Below are positions 18,125-33,090 of a stretch of DNA of 60,735 nt, one piece after another. Made by a program: the position numbers and the translations under genes. How positions within the stretch are numbered: the stretch's first letter is position 1; each line of letters opens with the position of its first letter. Origin of the DNA: Planctomycetota bacterium (GTDB lineage: Bacteria > Planctomycetota > Phycisphaerae > Sedimentisphaerales > Anaerobacaceae). Location of the stretch: the NCBI GenBank assembly GCA_043820045.1, contig JBDREF010000377.1:1-60735 (forward strand). Direction: 5' to 3'. Under the pieces are notes generated by a model. It did not search any database. It was not told where the DNA came from and saw only the letters and a list, made by a program, of their open reading frames with translations.

Positions 18125-20200
18125 CTAAAATATAATCTTCCTGGCAATTTGCTCGGGCACTTTCTCATAATTCAACGGCTCCATCGTAAACGTTCCCCTG
18201 CCCGCTGTCGCACTCCTGATCTCGCTGGAATAGCCGAACATTTCGGCAAGAGGCACTTTGGCGTCGATAACCTGCATATTCCCATGCACCCGACAATTTG
18301 TGATCGCCCCCCTCTTAGCGAGCAGGTTGCCCTGGACGGCTCCAAAACTGACCTGCGGCACCACTATTTGCAACCGCATCACAGGCTCAAGAAGGACAGG
18401 TTCGGCGTCCTTGACGGCCTTTTCAATTGCAATAGCGGCAGCCTGCTCGAAAGCCAGCCCCGAAGAGTCAACAGAATGAAATGAGCCGTCAATCAATGTA
18501 ACTTTTATGCCTATAATAGGATAGCCCGACAGAGCACCACATCCCAAGGCGTCCCTGCTTCCCCTTTCCACGTCTGGGACATACTCTCTCGGCACCGCGT
18601 CGGCGGAAGCCATATTTTCGAATCCGATTTCGTTGTCCCAATGGCCGTCCTCAGTCAAAAGCGGCTCCACCCGCAAAACAACATGGCCGTATTGACCATG
18701 ACCGCCCGTCTGGCGTATAAACTTGCCTTCCGCCTGTGTCGGTTTGGTTATGGCCTCCTTGTACGCCACCCGCGGTTTGCCGACCCTGACATTCACCCCT
18801 CTGTCTCGTATCAGTTTGTGCTGTAGTATTTCCAGGTGCAGTTCGCCCATGCCGCTAATGATTGTCTCGCCCGTGTCGGCATCGGTCTTGCACTCAAATG
18901 TAGGATCTTCGCGTCTTAGGGAGGCCAGAGCATCCGCCAGTTTTGCCTTCTCCGCGGCGCTTCTGGGCTCGATCGACATATTCATCACCGTCTGCGGGAA
19001 TGTAATGTTCGGCAGACAGACCGGCTTCTTAGGGTCGCAAATCGTTTCGCCCGTGAGCGTTTGTTTCAATCCAACGACTGCGACGATATCCCCGGCGCTC
19101 GTGGAATCGAGGGATTTGCGCTCGTTGGCGTGCATCTCGAATATCCTGGTGATGTTCTCCCTGCGGCTGCTATTTGCATTCAGGACCCTGGTGCCTGATT
19201 TCAGCGTGCCCTGGTAAATCCGCAGAAAGCTCAAATCACCGTGGGAGTCGCTGGTAATCTTGAATGCAAGCGCCACCAGGCTTCCATTGGGGTCGCACTT
19301 GATTGAGATCTTCTTGTCCTTATCGCCAGGTTTGTGCCCGGTCAGAACCTCCCTGTCGAGCGGAGATGGCAAATACGCCACGACTCCGTCGAGCAGCCGT
19401 TGAATGCCGATATACTTCAGCGCTGAACCGACAAACACCGGATGAAGTTTGTTGCTCAGGGTCCCTTTTCTGATTGCCCTGGTAATCATCTCGACTTCTA
19501 TCGGCATATCGTGAACGTAACAGTCCATCAGCTCGCTGTCATACTCGGCTGCAAGCTCAATCATCTCCTTCCTTCGCTGCTGAGCGACCTGCACAAGCTC
19601 GGCGGGAATCTCAGCCTCCTCGAAAGTCGCCCCCATCTTTTCGGTCTGATAGAAAACCGCCTGCATCTTCAGCAGGTCAATAATCCCGGCGAAAGAATCG
19701 TCGGCGCCAATGGGAATCTGCACGGGTACGGGATTGGCGACGAGTTTGTCGCGAATACTCTCGACGGACATTTCAAAGTCGGCACCTACTTTGTCCATTT
19801 TGTTCACGAAACAAAGGCAGGGCAGGCCGTATGTTTGCCCTTGCCTCCAGACGGTCTCGCTCTGTGCCTGTACGCCTTCGCTGCCATCGAAGACCGCTAC
19901 TGCGCCGTCGAGAACGCGCAGCGACCTCTCAACTTCGGCGGTGAAATCAATGTGTCCCGGTGTATCGATAAGATTGATCCCGAAACCCTTCCAGGGACAT
20001 TTCGTGGCCGCCGAGGTGATCGTGATGCCCCTCTTCTGTTCCTCCTCCATGAAGTCCATAACGGCGGTGCCGTTGTGTACCTCCCCCATCTTGTATGTTT
20101 TGCCCGCATAGTAGAGTATGCGCTCGGTCACCGTTGTCTTACCGGCGTCGATATGAGCCATGATTCCGATGTTGCGCACTTTTCCCAGAGTACCGGACAT
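18125..20200 (-). CDS. fusA: Elongation factor G
   Basis: 691 aa. Contains [21 protein letters not shown] and NK.D. Follows rpsG. Confidence 0.97.
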   Translation of the reverse strand: MSGTLGKVRNIGIMAHIDAGKTTVTERILYYAGKTYKMGEVHNGTAVMDFMEEEQKRGITITSAATKCPWKGFGINLIDTPGHIDFTAEVERSLRVLDGAVAVFDGSEGVQAQSETVWRQGQTYGLPCLCFVNKMDKVGADFEMSVESIRDKLVANPVPVQIPIGADDSFAGIIDLLKMQAVFYQTEKMGATFEEAEIPAELVQVAQQRRKEMIELAAEYDSELMDCYVHDMPIEVEMITRAIRKGTLSNKLHPVFVGSALKYIGIQRLLDGVVAYLPSPLDREVLTGHKPGDKDKKISIKCDPNGSLVALAFKITSDSHGDLSFLRIYQGTLKSGTRVLNANSSRRENITRIFEMHANERKSLDSTSAGDIVAVVGLKQTLTGETICDPKKPVCLPNITFPQTVMNMSIEPRSAAEKAKLADALASLRREDPTFECKTDADTGETIISGMGELHLEILQHKLIRDRGVNVRVGKPRVAYKEAITKPTQAEGKFIRQTGGHGQYGHVVLRVEPLLTEDGHWDNEIGFENMASADAVPREYVPDVERGSRDALGCGALSGYPIIGIKVTLIDGSFHSVDSSGLAFEQAAAIAIEKAVKDAEPVLLEPVMRLQIVVPQVSFGAVQGNLLAKRGAITNCRVHGNMQVIDAKVPLAEMFGYSSEIRSATAGRGTFTMEPLNYEKVPEQIARKIIF

Positions 20201-20306
20201 AGTTCCATTCTCTTAGCCGACACAGAAGCAAGCTATGTACTTTGTCCCGGCGGCCGTCACCTTCACCGGGACGGCAATATGCTAGCCACAATACGAAAGA
20301 CAGTAT

Positions 20307-20348
20307 AAAAAAACTGCCACGGTCATTTTCACAAACGCACCGTGGCAG
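20307..20348 (-). terminator. Intrinsic terminator/attenuator hairpin between rpsG and fusA
   Basis: On the minus strand, CTGCCACGGT (20339-20348) and ACCGTGGCAG (20314-20323) form a perfect 10 bp stem with a 15 nt loop, followed by 7 U (20307-20313). It begins 17 nt after the rpsG stop. Confidence 0.6.
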
Positions 20349-20364
20349 TCATAAGCAACGATTA

Positions 20365-20838
20365 CTACCAGGCAAAGTGGGCAAACGCCTTATTAGCCTC
20401 AGCCATTCTGTGAATGTTCTCCCGCATGGTCATAGCACCGCCGCGTTCGTTATAGGCATCTATCAATTCGGTGGCCAAACGCTCGGACATCGGCTTGCCT
20501 TTCTTGCCCCTCGCCGAGGCCAATATCCACCTGAAGGCAAGTGACTGCTGGCGTTTGGCATTGACTTGCATCGGCACCTGATAACTGGCGCCGCCAACAC
20601 GCTTGCTGCGAACTTCAAGCAAGGGCTTGACCTTGTTTATCGCCTTCTCGAAAACCTCGAGAGGGCTGGCGTCCGTGACTCTCTCTTCAATAATACCCAT
20701 AGCACCGTAAAAAACACTCTGCGCAGTGCTTTTCTCACCGTCCCACATTAGACAGTTGATGAACTTCGATGCCAGTTTGCTGCCGTACTTCGGGTCCGGT
20801 TTAAGCTGTTGACTTGATGCGGTAAACTTCTTAGACAT
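20365..20838 (-). CDS. rpsG: 30S ribosomal protein S7
   Basis: Contains PDPKYGS, M.DGEKS.A and ends FAHFAW. ATG 20838 has a GAGGAAG Shine-Dalgarno sequence; the ORF-track start is TTG 20850. Confidence 0.95.
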   Translation of the reverse strand: MSKKFTASSQQLKPDPKYGSKLASKFINCLMWDGEKSTAQSVFYGAMGIIEERVTDASPLEVFEKAINKVKPLLEVRSKRVGGASYQVPMQVNAKRQQSLAFRWILASARGKKGKPMSERLATELIDAYNERGGAMTMRENIHRMAEANKAFAHFAW

Positions 20839-20900
20839 TGTCTTCCTCAATTAGAGCGTCGGCAGCCGGCGTCTGTTCGTCCGGTTACCTCGCAAGCGAC

Positions 20901-21272
20901 TTATTTCGCTTTCTTTGCGCCGTACTTACTCCTGCCCTGTTTTCGATTGGCCACACCCGCACAGTCGAGAACGCCGCGGACAATATGATACCGTACACCA
21001 GGCAGGTCCCTGACTCGGCCTCCACGGATGATTACCGTACTGTGCTCCTGAAGGTTGTGGTCAATGCCGGGTATATAAGCTGTAACCTCTTTGCCGTTCG
21101 TCAGCCTCACGCGGGCGATCTTACGCAAAGCCGAATTCGGCTTCTTCGGCGTCTGAGTCCTTACGATCAGGCAAACGCCCCGCTTCTGCGGCGAACCACT
21201 TATATCAGATACACGCTTGCGACCCTTCGATTTCGCCCGGGGCCGCCTTACTAACTGGTTTATTGTGGGCAT
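20901..21272 (-). CDS. rpsL: 30S ribosomal protein S12
   Basis: [10 protein letters not shown] start, plus [24 protein letters not shown] and [16 protein letters not shown]. Confidence 0.97.
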   Translation of the reverse strand: MPTINQLVRRPRAKSKGRKRVSDISGSPQKRGVCLIVRTQTPKKPNSALRKIARVRLTNGKEVTAYIPGIDHNLQEHSTVIIRGGRVRDLPGVRYHIVRGVLDCAGVANRKQGRSKYGAKKAK

Positions 21273-21339
21273 ATTATTAGTATCCCTGATTATAAAAATA
21301 CAACAACATTTTGTTCGGCCATCTACAAGACAGCCCCCT

Positions 21340-21367
21340 ATTCTAATACGGATCGCATGGATTCCAA
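21340..21367 (-). promoter_or_regulatory. Candidate rpsL (str operon) promoter with UP-like element
   Basis: The minus strand reads TTGGAA (21362-21367), a 16 nt spacer, then TAGAAT (21340-21345). An A/T-rich tract lies upstream (about 21375-21420). This would give a ~60 nt 5' UTR. Confidence 0.4.
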
Positions 21368-21567
21368 GACATTTTTAGGCATGTATTGCAAATTTTTTTG
21401 AAAAACACTGAAAAAAATGCCCCCGCTCTGCCTCTTGGCCGCCACTATCAAGGCGGCGGGCCCTCTTGAACGGCAGCCACAACACTCGCCCGACCTGAAA
21501 TACGGCCACACCCGACGGCGCCACCCCATCCCAGCTTGGCCCTCTTGCCTATTTTGTGTTTTTTTCT

Positions 21568-21596
21568 TTGACAAAAACCACCAAAAGTGATATAAT
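21568..21596 (+). promoter_or_regulatory. Perfect consensus extended sigma70 promoter (TTGACA-N17-TGnTATAAT)
   Basis: TTGACA at 21568-21573, a 17 nt spacer ending in TGa, and TATAAT at 21591-21596. A T-rich tract lies immediately upstream (21551-21567). Confidence 0.7.
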
Positions 21597-21639
21597 ATTG
21601 GAATTATTGGAACTGGAGATGTGGTGAGAAGGCTTCTTA

Positions 21640-21819
21640 ATGGTTCATATCGAGCTTTCCGCCAGAAGAGAGTCCTCTCAAAAGCTCGGCAGAGGTACGA
21701 GTGCGAAGCATGAGCGCCCTGCGCAGGCAAACCAGCCTCGGCAACAGGGGGGCCGAAGCCGCAGAGGTCTCACTTGCTCTTGTAACAGTTGTGGGTGTGG
21801 GTGTGCGAACCTGAATTAA
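21640..21819 (+). CDS. Candidate small ORF (59 aa): basic peptide with C-terminal Cys cluster; not in the ORF track (one codon below its cutoff)
   Basis: Hand translation gives MVHIELSARRESSQKLGRGTSAKHERPAQANQPRQQGGRSRRGLTCSCNSCGCGCANLN followed by a stop. AAGG lies 7 nt before the ATG. The ORF starts ~37 nt after the predicted transcription start of the consensus promoter. The region could instead be a non-coding leader or small RNA. Confidence 0.35.
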   Translation: MVHIELSARRESSQKLGRGTSAKHERPAQANQPRQQGGRSRRGLTCSCNSCGCGCANLN

Positions 21820-21897
21820 CTCGGATAATGTGCCACGAGAAAAAGACCAGAAATCGAAGGGGTTGGCGATTAGCCGATGTTCCGGAGGAGAGCATAG

Positions 21898-22893
21898 ATG
21901 ACTATAGACAGCTTCATCCGCAGGCTTGACCGCTCGTTTTCGTGGCTATACTACAAGCACCAATGGGCGGAATGGGAGCTACTCGCCATAGCCATAATCG
22001 CCATGGTCCTGCTGTTGTGGATCTTGAGACGCCAGAAGAATGCTGCGACCAGGAACGCATATGCAGATCGGGCCGCCTCAAAACGCTCGCCCATAATCGG
22101 CATCAAATTGGCAGACTATCACCAGAGCCGGCATGCAATCGAGGACATCAAGGAACACCGTCTGGATCTAATCGCACAGTTCAGCGGAAGGCAAAAGCGA
22201 AAGATAGTGGCAAGACACATGCAAAGTCTGAATGAGCAACTCAGGCAACTGCAAGACGCAATCGCCAGATACAAGGATATGGAGGAAGGCTTCGTTCAAA
22301 AGGTAACTGAACTGACGGCGGCCAACGAAAAACTCCAGAATGAAATCGGAAAGAACGCGCATGATGAACAGCACCCCAGACAGCAAACAGCCGAATCAGC
22401 GTTTGCCGATGATAAGCAGCAAGAAAAAACGGTGGAACACCCCATAGAACAAATGATTGAATCGACACCTGCCCACTCCGAACGCGAGCAGGATGCTGCA
22501 CAGCCGAAACCGACCGTCACGCTCCTCAAGCTGAAGGTCACGGAGCTGCCCTCCGTTGATGAACAACCGGGGCACATCAAGCAGCGGGGACAAATAGAAG
22601 AATACGCCGAGCAGGCTGTCGGGCTGTCACCGGCCGGCGGGGAAACCCATGCCTTAGAAGGCGGGCACGAACAAGACGGCGAACTCGCCGGACAGCAGGG
22701 CCCCGAGTCAAATGAGACCGACAAACGGCTCCACCGTATGGTCGCGGAAGAACATCAGGACGATGAGACACCGGAAGAAGGGGCCAAACAACCAAGGCCT
22801 CTGAGACGAGAAAGCGAACCACTGGACGTTCAGAAGCTCAAGGCCATAGCCGCACTCGCCAGGCAAATCCAGGGATACCCCCCGCAAGGATGA
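21898..22893 (+). CDS. Hypothetical membrane-anchored coiled-coil / acidic low-complexity protein
   Basis: 331 aa with a GGAGGAG Shine-Dalgarno sequence 8 nt upstream. One predicted TM helix (WELLAIAIIAMVLLLWIL), a heptad-like segment (LNEQLRQLQDAIARYKDMEEGFVQKVTELTAANEKLQNEI), then a long Q/E/D-rich tail. I recognise no family. Confidence 0.6.
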   Translation: MTIDSFIRRLDRSFSWLYYKHQWAEWELLAIAIIAMVLLLWILRRQKNAATRNAYADRAASKRSPIIGIKLADYHQSRHAIEDIKEHRLDLIAQFSGRQKRKIVARHMQSLNEQLRQLQDAIARYKDMEEGFVQKVTELTAANEKLQNEIGKNAHDEQHPRQQTAESAFADDKQQEKTVEHPIEQMIESTPAHSEREQDAAQPKPTVTLLKLKVTELPSVDEQPGHIKQRGQIEEYAEQAVGLSPAGGETHALEGGHEQDGELAGQQGPESNETDKRLHRMVAEEHQDDETPEEGAKQPRPLRRESEPLDVQKLKAIAALARQIQGYPPQG

Positions 22894-22995
22894 GACAAGC
22901 CATCGGTTCGCACGCATTCAGCCGTCGCCGCAAATGCAACCGAATGGAGATAGCGAACATTCCTCGGTCGCCGGCTACCGCAATTCGATTTCGAA

Positions 22996-27291
<4,296 letters not shown>

Positions 27292-27343
27292 TGTAAGACC
27301 CCTTACAATCGATACGTGATAATTTGATGATCAACAGCCTTTG

Positions 27344-30300
27344 TTACAGAGCGCCGCTTCCGAGCCGTTTCTTCTCAAGCTGGATATTTAATCCCAACCC
27401 TCTTAGCTCATTGCACAGCACATCAAAGGACAGCGGTGTGCCGGCTTCGAGGGTGTTCTGTCCCTTAACCATTGATTCGTAGATTTTTGTTCGTCCCTCG
27501 ACATCGTCACTTTTTACGGTGAGCATTTCCTGCAGCGCGTAAGCGGCACCGTATCCTTCCAGTGCCCAGACTTCCATCTCTCCGAATCTCTGTCCGCCCG
27601 TCCTGGCCTTCCCGCCCAACGGCTGCTGTGTAATCAGGCTGTAAGGCCCGGTTGCCCTGGCGTGGATCTTGTCGTCCACAAGATGGTGCAGCTTCATCAT
27701 GTAGATATATCCTATGGTCGCCCTTTGATCGAACGGCTCGCCGGTTCTGCCGTCGTACAATTGAGTCTTCAACGTGTTCGCAACATTTATGAAGAACTCA
27801 TTGGCCGGGGGCGCCTGTTTCGTCTGTTCCAGTTCGGCTTGTCGCCTGGCCATAAGTTCGTTGGCCTCGACGGTCAGCTCCCGGACATTATCTTCGCTGG
27901 CACCGTCGAAGACCGGCGTAATAGCATGGAAGCCCAACACTCTCGCCACCCAGCCGAGATGCGTTTCGAGAATCTGACCTACATTCATTCGGCTCGGAAC
28001 GCCGAGAGGATTCAACAGTATGTCGAGAGGCGTGCCGTCTTCCATGAACGGCATATCCTCCTCGGGCATGATCTTGGCGATAACACCCTTGTTACCGTGC
28101 CGTCCAGCCATCTTGTCGCCGATGGACAATTCCCTCTTGATCGCGACGTAAATCTTCACCATCTGCAACACACCGCTGGGCAGTTCATCGCCATGTTTCA
28201 TACTCTCGGTCCGGTGCTTCTTGTCCTCCTGAATCTCAGTAATCTTGGCCCAGAACTTGTCCACGATTTTCTGCACATCGTCCCGTAGAGCGGCAGGTTT
28301 GACCCACTTGATATTGAAGTTCTCTATCTGCTCGTAAACGACCTCGTCGTCGGCGCTGGCACCGACTTTCTGACGTGTGGACGGATCGACGATATTGACG
28401 TCCAACCCCTCATGGATTGCATCGATCATCTGCCTGAATATCATGCACTCCTTGTCTCTCATCTGCCGCTCATATTCCTTTACCTGAACAGCCACGGCTT
28501 TCTTCTGTTCGTCCGTGCCGGCGCCGCGCCTGGTGAACCGCTCCGTCTTTATTACCACGCCCTCATATCCGCTGGGCAGTTCGAGCGAGTCATTTTTCAC
28601 ATCTTCGCCGGCTCTGCCGAATATGGCGTGCAACAGCTTTTCTTCGGGCGTCAGTTCCGTTTTGCTCTTGGGTACCACCTTGCCGACAAGAATATCGCCC
28701 TGGCAGACCCTCGTCCCTTCGCAGATCACGCCGTATTCATCGAGGTTCCGAAGCGCTCTTTCACTGACGTTGGGAATGTCGCGAGTGAATTCTTCCTTGC
28801 CGAGACGAGTCTCGCGAACTTCCGCCGTAAATTCATCGATGTGGATGCTCGTAAAGCTGTCGTCCTTGCAGAGCCTTTCGCTGACGATGATCGCGTCCTC
28901 GAAGTTAAAACCGTCAAAGGAGACAAATCCCACAAGTATGTTCTTGCCGAGCGCGAGCACGCCATTGGCGGTGCCGCCACCGTCCGCGATGACCTGGCCG
29001 GCTTTTACCTTCTCGCCGAGCTGAACCGTGGGTTTCTGATTCAGACAGGTTCTTTCGTTCAGGCCAAGGAATTTATCCAGAACGTATTCGTCCGTATGGT
29101 TGATAACCACCCTGGTGGCGTCGACCGCCGTGACGACACCGCTGCTCTTGGCTCGAACAACCATACTGGAATTGCGGCCGACTACCGCTTCCATGCCGGT
29201 GCCGACCAAAGGCGGTTCCGCCTTCAGCAACGGGACCGCTTGTCGCTGCATGTTCGAGCCCATAAGGGCGCGGTTCGCATCGTCGTGCTCCAGAAACGGG
29301 ATGAGCGAAGCTGAAACACCGACAATCTGCTTGGTTGAAATATCGACGTAGTCAACTTCTTTATTGATGACATGGGCCAACTCGCCTCGTTCTCTGGCAA
29401 GGACAAAGCCTTCTTTGAGCTTGCCGGTTTTGGGATCGACCTCGCTCGGCGGTGCGAATATCGCCGTCATTTCCTCATCTGCACGCAGGTGCGCCACTTC
29501 ATCGGTGACCTTGCCGTTCTTTACTTTACGGTACGGCGTGAGCAGAAATCCATACTCGTCAATCTCGGCGAATATCGCCAGCGAGGCGATAAGGCCTATA
29601 TTTGTTCCTTCGGGAGTCTCAATCGGGCAAATCCGGCCGTAATGGCTGATATGAACGTCGCGAACCTCGAAGCCAGCCCGCCTCCTGTTCAACCCGCCCG
29701 GCCCAAGAGCCGACAGACGTCTTTCGTGAGTCAATTGGCTCAGGGCGTTCGTCTGGTCCACAACCTGGCTAAGCTCACCACGACCGAAGAAATAGTTGAT
29801 GCTGCTCGAGACGCTCTTGGAATTCACCAAATCTGCCACACGAACGGTATCTTCAGCATCCCGTTTCATGCTCATGCGTTCCTGAACGGTCCTGCGCAGC
29901 TTGAGCAGCCCCTTTCTTATCTCGTCGGCGGCAAGCTCTTCGATTGTACGCAGCCTTCTGTTACCCAGATGGTCGATATCATCGACCTGCCCCTCGTTGT
30001 TGCGCAAAGCCGTTATGTATTTCATCGTCTGGAGGAAGTCTTCGGGCCGGAGCGTCATCTCATTTTCGTCGATTGCCTGGTTGAACTTCCTGTTTATCCG
30101 GAATCTACCCACCTTGCCGAGACGGTAGCGGTTCGCATCGAAGAACTTCTCCGCAAAGAATATCTTTGCCTTCTCTTCATTGGGTGGATTGCCCGGCCTC
30201 AGTCTCACGTAAAACTTCAAGAGCGCCTTTTCGTGACTCGGGCAATCATCCTCTGCAAGCGTGTTCAAGATGATAGCATCTCGAACATTCTCGATTACTT

Positions 30301-31162
30301 CCACGCAAGCCGAGTCTTTACCTTTTTGAGATTTTGTCTGCTTCTTGCCGGACGTCTTCGAGTACGCAGCCTGTATTATGGAAACCTTATCGCCTATTTG
30401 CGCGCCGGCTTTAACGATGATTTCGCCGGAATCCTTGTCCACGATCGGTTCGGCCGCCCACATTGTCGGGGTCAGTTTCGTAATCGGCATGCTTGCCGTC
30501 GGATAAAACAATCGCAATATTTGCTCTGTGGTCCCGTAGTCAGGGTTCATCGCCCGCAGAAACACTGTTGCAGGTATCTTGCTTGACTGGTCGATTCTGA
30601 CAACCAGAGTGTCCTTGTTCGTCACTCCTATTTCGATCCAGCTTCCTCTTTCCGGAATGATCCTGCCGCCGTGCAGCACCCTGTCGCCTTCTTTGCTCTC
30701 GATGAGAAAATCGACACCTGGACTTCTGTGTAACTGGCTGACGATAACGCGCACCGCCCCGTTGACTATGAACTCCCCGCCGCCAATCATGACCGGCATT
30801 TCACCAAGATACATTGCCTGCTCGGCCAGATCTTCCCCTTCGCTGGTGCGCAGTCTGCACCAGATCTTCAGCGGGTAGCCGTAAGTCAGTCGCAACTGTC
30901 GACACTGGGTGGGCGTATAATGCGGCTTCTCCAACTCATAGTACAGATATTCCAGGACCATTTTCTTATCGTAGCTCTCGATAGGAAACGTTTCCCGGAA
31001 AAGCGCTTCGAGTCCGACGCATTTTCTTTTCGTGGGCGCCACGTCCATCTGCAGAAAATGCTCGTAACCTTTTCTCTGTACCGCCACCAAGTCCGGAGCC
31101 TCAACGGTGTCGTGTAATCTGCCAAAAACACGAACCGCCTGGCCTGCACTAGTCTCACGCAT
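27344..31162 (-). CDS. rpoB: DNA-directed RNA polymerase subunit beta
   Basis: 1272 aa. Contains [14 protein letters not shown] and [10 protein letters not shown] motifs. Confidence 0.98.
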   Translation of the reverse strand: MRETSAGQAVRVFGRLHDTVEAPDLVAVQRKGYEHFLQMDVAPTKRKCVGLEALFRETFPIESYDKKMVLEYLYYELEKPHYTPTQCRQLRLTYGYPLKIWCRLRTSEGEDLAEQAMYLGEMPVMIGGGEFIVNGAVRVIVSQLHRSPGVDFLIESKEGDRVLHGGRIIPERGSWIEIGVTNKDTLVVRIDQSSKIPATVFLRAMNPDYGTTEQILRLFYPTASMPITKLTPTMWAAEPIVDKDSGEIIVKAGAQIGDKVSIIQAAYSKTSGKKQTKSQKGKDSACVEVIENVRDAIILNTLAEDDCPSHEKALLKFYVRLRPGNPPNEEKAKIFFAEKFFDANRYRLGKVGRFRINRKFNQAIDENEMTLRPEDFLQTMKYITALRNNEGQVDDIDHLGNRRLRTIEELAADEIRKGLLKLRRTVQERMSMKRDAEDTVRVADLVNSKSVSSSINYFFGRGELSQVVDQTNALSQLTHERRLSALGPGGLNRRRAGFEVRDVHISHYGRICPIETPEGTNIGLIASLAIFAEIDEYGFLLTPYRKVKNGKVTDEVAHLRADEEMTAIFAPPSEVDPKTGKLKEGFVLARERGELAHVINKEVDYVDISTKQIVGVSASLIPFLEHDDANRALMGSNMQRQAVPLLKAEPPLVGTGMEAVVGRNSSMVVRAKSSGVVTAVDATRVVINHTDEYVLDKFLGLNERTCLNQKPTVQLGEKVKAGQVIADGGGTANGVLALGKNILVGFVSFDGFNFEDAIIVSERLCKDDSFTSIHIDEFTAEVRETRLGKEEFTRDIPNVSERALRNLDEYGVICEGTRVCQGDILVGKVVPKSKTELTPEEKLLHAIFGRAGEDVKNDSLELPSGYEGVVIKTERFTRRGAGTDEQKKAVAVQVKEYERQMRDKECMIFRQMIDAIHEGLDVNIVDPSTRQKVGASADDEVVYEQIENFNIKWVKPAALRDDVQKIVDKFWAKITEIQEDKKHRTESMKHGDELPSGVLQMVKIYVAIKRELSIGDKMAGRHGNKGVIAKIMPEEDMPFMEDGTPLDILLNPLGVPSRMNVGQILETHLGWVARVLGFHAITPVFDGASEDNVRELTVEANELMARRQAELEQTKQAPPANEFFINVANTLKTQLYDGRTGEPFDQRATIGYIYMMKLHHLVDDKIHARATGPYSLITQQPLGGKARTGGQRFGEMEVWALEGYGAAYALQEMLTVKSDDVEGRTKIYESMVKGQNTLEAGTPLSFDVLCNELRGLGLNIQLEKKRLGSGAL

Positions 31163-31268
31163 TACTAATCTCCAGCATTAAATGCCCTAATTATCTCGCA
31201 GGAGCAACCGCATGGCGTTGCTCGAACTTCGGTACTCGAAAATGGACAGGCGCACGGACTGTCGTTGC

Positions 31269-31703
31269 TTAGACCACTTCCACCACTGCTCCAACTGCTT
31301 CGAGCTGGCTCCGGGCGGCTTCGGCTTCTTCCTTGCTGACACCCTGCTTCACCGGCTTGGGAACGCCGTCAACCAGGTCCTTGGCCTCTTTCAATCCGAG
31401 CGTGGTAAGAGCCCTTACTTCCTTGATGACCTGAATCTTCTTGTCGCCGAATTCCTTGAGAATTACGTCAAAAGTGGTTTTTTCCTCTTTCTCATCAGCC
31501 TGACCTGCTGCCGCCGGCCCCGCCATTACAATGGCACCGCCTGCTGCCGGCTCGATACCATATTCTTCCTTGAGATAGTCGCCCAGCTCTTTGGCCTGCA
31601 TCAGAGTCAGACCGACTATTTTGTCGCCAAGCTCCTTGATTACGCTGCTCCAATTCCTTGACTCTTTCGCTTCTTTTGTTTCATTCGCTTGTTCTTCTGA
31701 CAT
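31269..31703 (-). CDS. rplL: 50S ribosomal protein L7/L12 (with ~20 aa acidic N-terminal extension)
   Basis: Contains [27 protein letters not shown] and an alanine-rich hinge. Confidence 0.95.
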   Translation of the reverse strand: MSEEQANETKEAKESRNWSSVIKELGDKIVGLTLMQAKELGDYLKEEYGIEPAAGGAIVMAGPAAAGQADEKEEKTTFDVILKEFGDKKIQVIKEVRALTTLGLKEAKDLVDGVPKPVKQGVSKEEAEAARSQLEAVGAVVEVV

Positions 31704-31808
31704 TTCTGTTAACTCCTATCGCTTTGCGCCTGATGGTAGCCGAAACTCCACCGTTTCGTTTAACCCCTCAAAACAGGGACAGCCATGCAGGCAGTTTCAT
31801 ATTCAAAC

Positions 31809-32342
31809 CTAAGCCGCTTGTTTTTCGTCGCCTTCTGCAATCTTCTCTATGCAACCTGCAATAATTCCCGCCGGAGCGCCGATGGCTGCGGCCAATCTGC
31901 TCGCAGGCGACTTGAACAGCGTAACGATACCGCCCAGCAGTTCTGCCCGCGTCGGCATTTTTGCCAGACTCTCCGCCGCAGTCGCGTCCATGGCCGAGCC
32001 GTCGAGAAAGGCACCCTTAATCTGTATGACCGGAACCCGCTTCACCCATTCGACCATCTCCTTGGCAACATCAACGATGCTGTCGCCGCCATAAACAACG
32101 GCACAAGGACCGCTGAACAGCGACCCTGCCGGGGCCATCTCCTGACCGGACAGCGCCTTCTTGAAGAGCGAATTCTTCACTACCGATAATCCCATGCCTT
32201 TTTGTTTCAGCTCGCCACGCATCACATTGTTGTTGACTCCGTCAATACCCTTGGTGCAGACGACGATAAAATCCTTGATGTTCTCATCGACAATCTTCTT
32301 TTCAAGTTCAGCTTGCAGCAGTTCTTTTACATACTTGCTCAT
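31809..32342 (-). CDS. rplJ: 50S ribosomal protein L10
   Basis: 177 aa. Sits between rplA and rplL. L10-like central segment: [19 protein letters not shown]. Confidence 0.93.
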   Translation of the reverse strand: MSKYVKELLQAELEKKIVDENIKDFIVVCTKGIDGVNNNVMRGELKQKGMGLSVVKNSLFKKALSGQEMAPAGSLFSGPCAVVYGGDSIVDVAKEMVEWVKRVPVIQIKGAFLDGSAMDATAAESLAKMPTRAELLGGIVTLFKSPASRLAAAIGAPAGIIAGCIEKIAEGDEKQAA

Positions 32343-32380
32343 TCTTCGTATCCCGTATTGTGTACTGTTTAATGTACGAT

Positions 32381-33058
32381 TCAGCAGTCAAACATGACGC
32401 TGGGGCTCATAGCGGCAGATATGCACATTTTCTTGATGTACGTACCTTTCGCCGCCGATGGCTTGACCTTCTTTATGTGTGCAACAAACGCCTTGATGTT
32501 CTCCTCAAGTTTGTCGGCCTCGAAGCTTTGCTTGCCAACCACAACATGGACGTTGCCGCCCGCGTCGTTTCTAAACTCGACTTTGCCCGCGGCGAATTCA
32601 CTTACTGCGGTTGCCACATCGGCAGTCACTGTGCCGTTCTTGGGCGAGGGCATCTTACCCTGAGGCCCGAGCACCCGACCGAGCTTACCCACTTTACCCA
32701 TAACTTTGGGAGAGGCTATCGCCACATCGAAGTCCATCCAGCCGTCGGAAACCTTCTTTATCAACTCATCGCAGCCGGCCTCCAATGCGCCGGCCTTTCG
32801 CGCGGTCTCGGCTTCCGAATCGTCGCAGAAAGCAATAACCCTCTTCTGCTTGCCTATCCCGTTAGGCAGCGACAACGAACCGCGCACCAGTTGGTCGGCC
32901 TGCTTCGGATCGATACCCAAATGCACCACGCACTCGACGCTCTGGTCGAATTTCGTCGACTTGAATGATTTGATCTTTACGACCGCTTCGCTCAGGCTCA
33001 CAGTCTCCTTGCTCGACTGCTGGGCCTCTTTTTTATACCTTTTGCTTCTAACTCGCAT
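32381..33058 (-). CDS. rplA: 50S ribosomal protein L1
   Basis: Contains FDQSVE..V.LGIDP...DQ.VRGS..LP.G.GK and LGP.G.MP.PK.GTVT. Confidence 0.96.
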   Translation of the reverse strand: MRVRSKRYKKEAQQSSKETVSLSEAVVKIKSFKSTKFDQSVECVVHLGIDPKQADQLVRGSLSLPNGIGKQKRVIAFCDDSEAETARKAGALEAGCDELIKKVSDGWMDFDVAIASPKVMGKVGKLGRVLGPQGKMPSPKNGTVTADVATAVSEFAAGKVEFRNDAGGNVHVVVGKQSFEADKLEENIKAFVAHIKKVKPSAAKGTYIKKMCISAAMSPSVMFDC

Positions 33059-33090
33059 AAATCCAATCTCACATTGTGACAGGTTCTTGT

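Noticed and set aside
21338-21730. 130 aa minus-strand ORF in the rpsL-upstream region
   Set aside because: It runs across both the candidate rpsL promoter and the divergent consensus promoter. It has no Shine-Dalgarno sequence and an implausible sequence (W/F/R-rich). Regulatory DNA plus the plus-strand small ORF or RNA explains the region better.
21640-21819. The idea that the Cys-rich small ORF is a cysteine-sensing attenuation leader peptide
   Set aside because: Five Cys codons cluster at its end as in classic leader peptides. However, I found no terminator/antiterminator pair before 21898, the peptide is much longer than known leaders, and the downstream gene is unrelated to Cys metabolism.
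22296-22917. Multiple overlapping minus-strand ORFs (65-142 aa) inside the 331 aa acidic protein gene
   Set aside because: They are a by-product of the biased (GAR/CAG-rich) coding sequence. The plus-strand frame has the Shine-Dalgarno sequence, the TM helix and the longest open frame.
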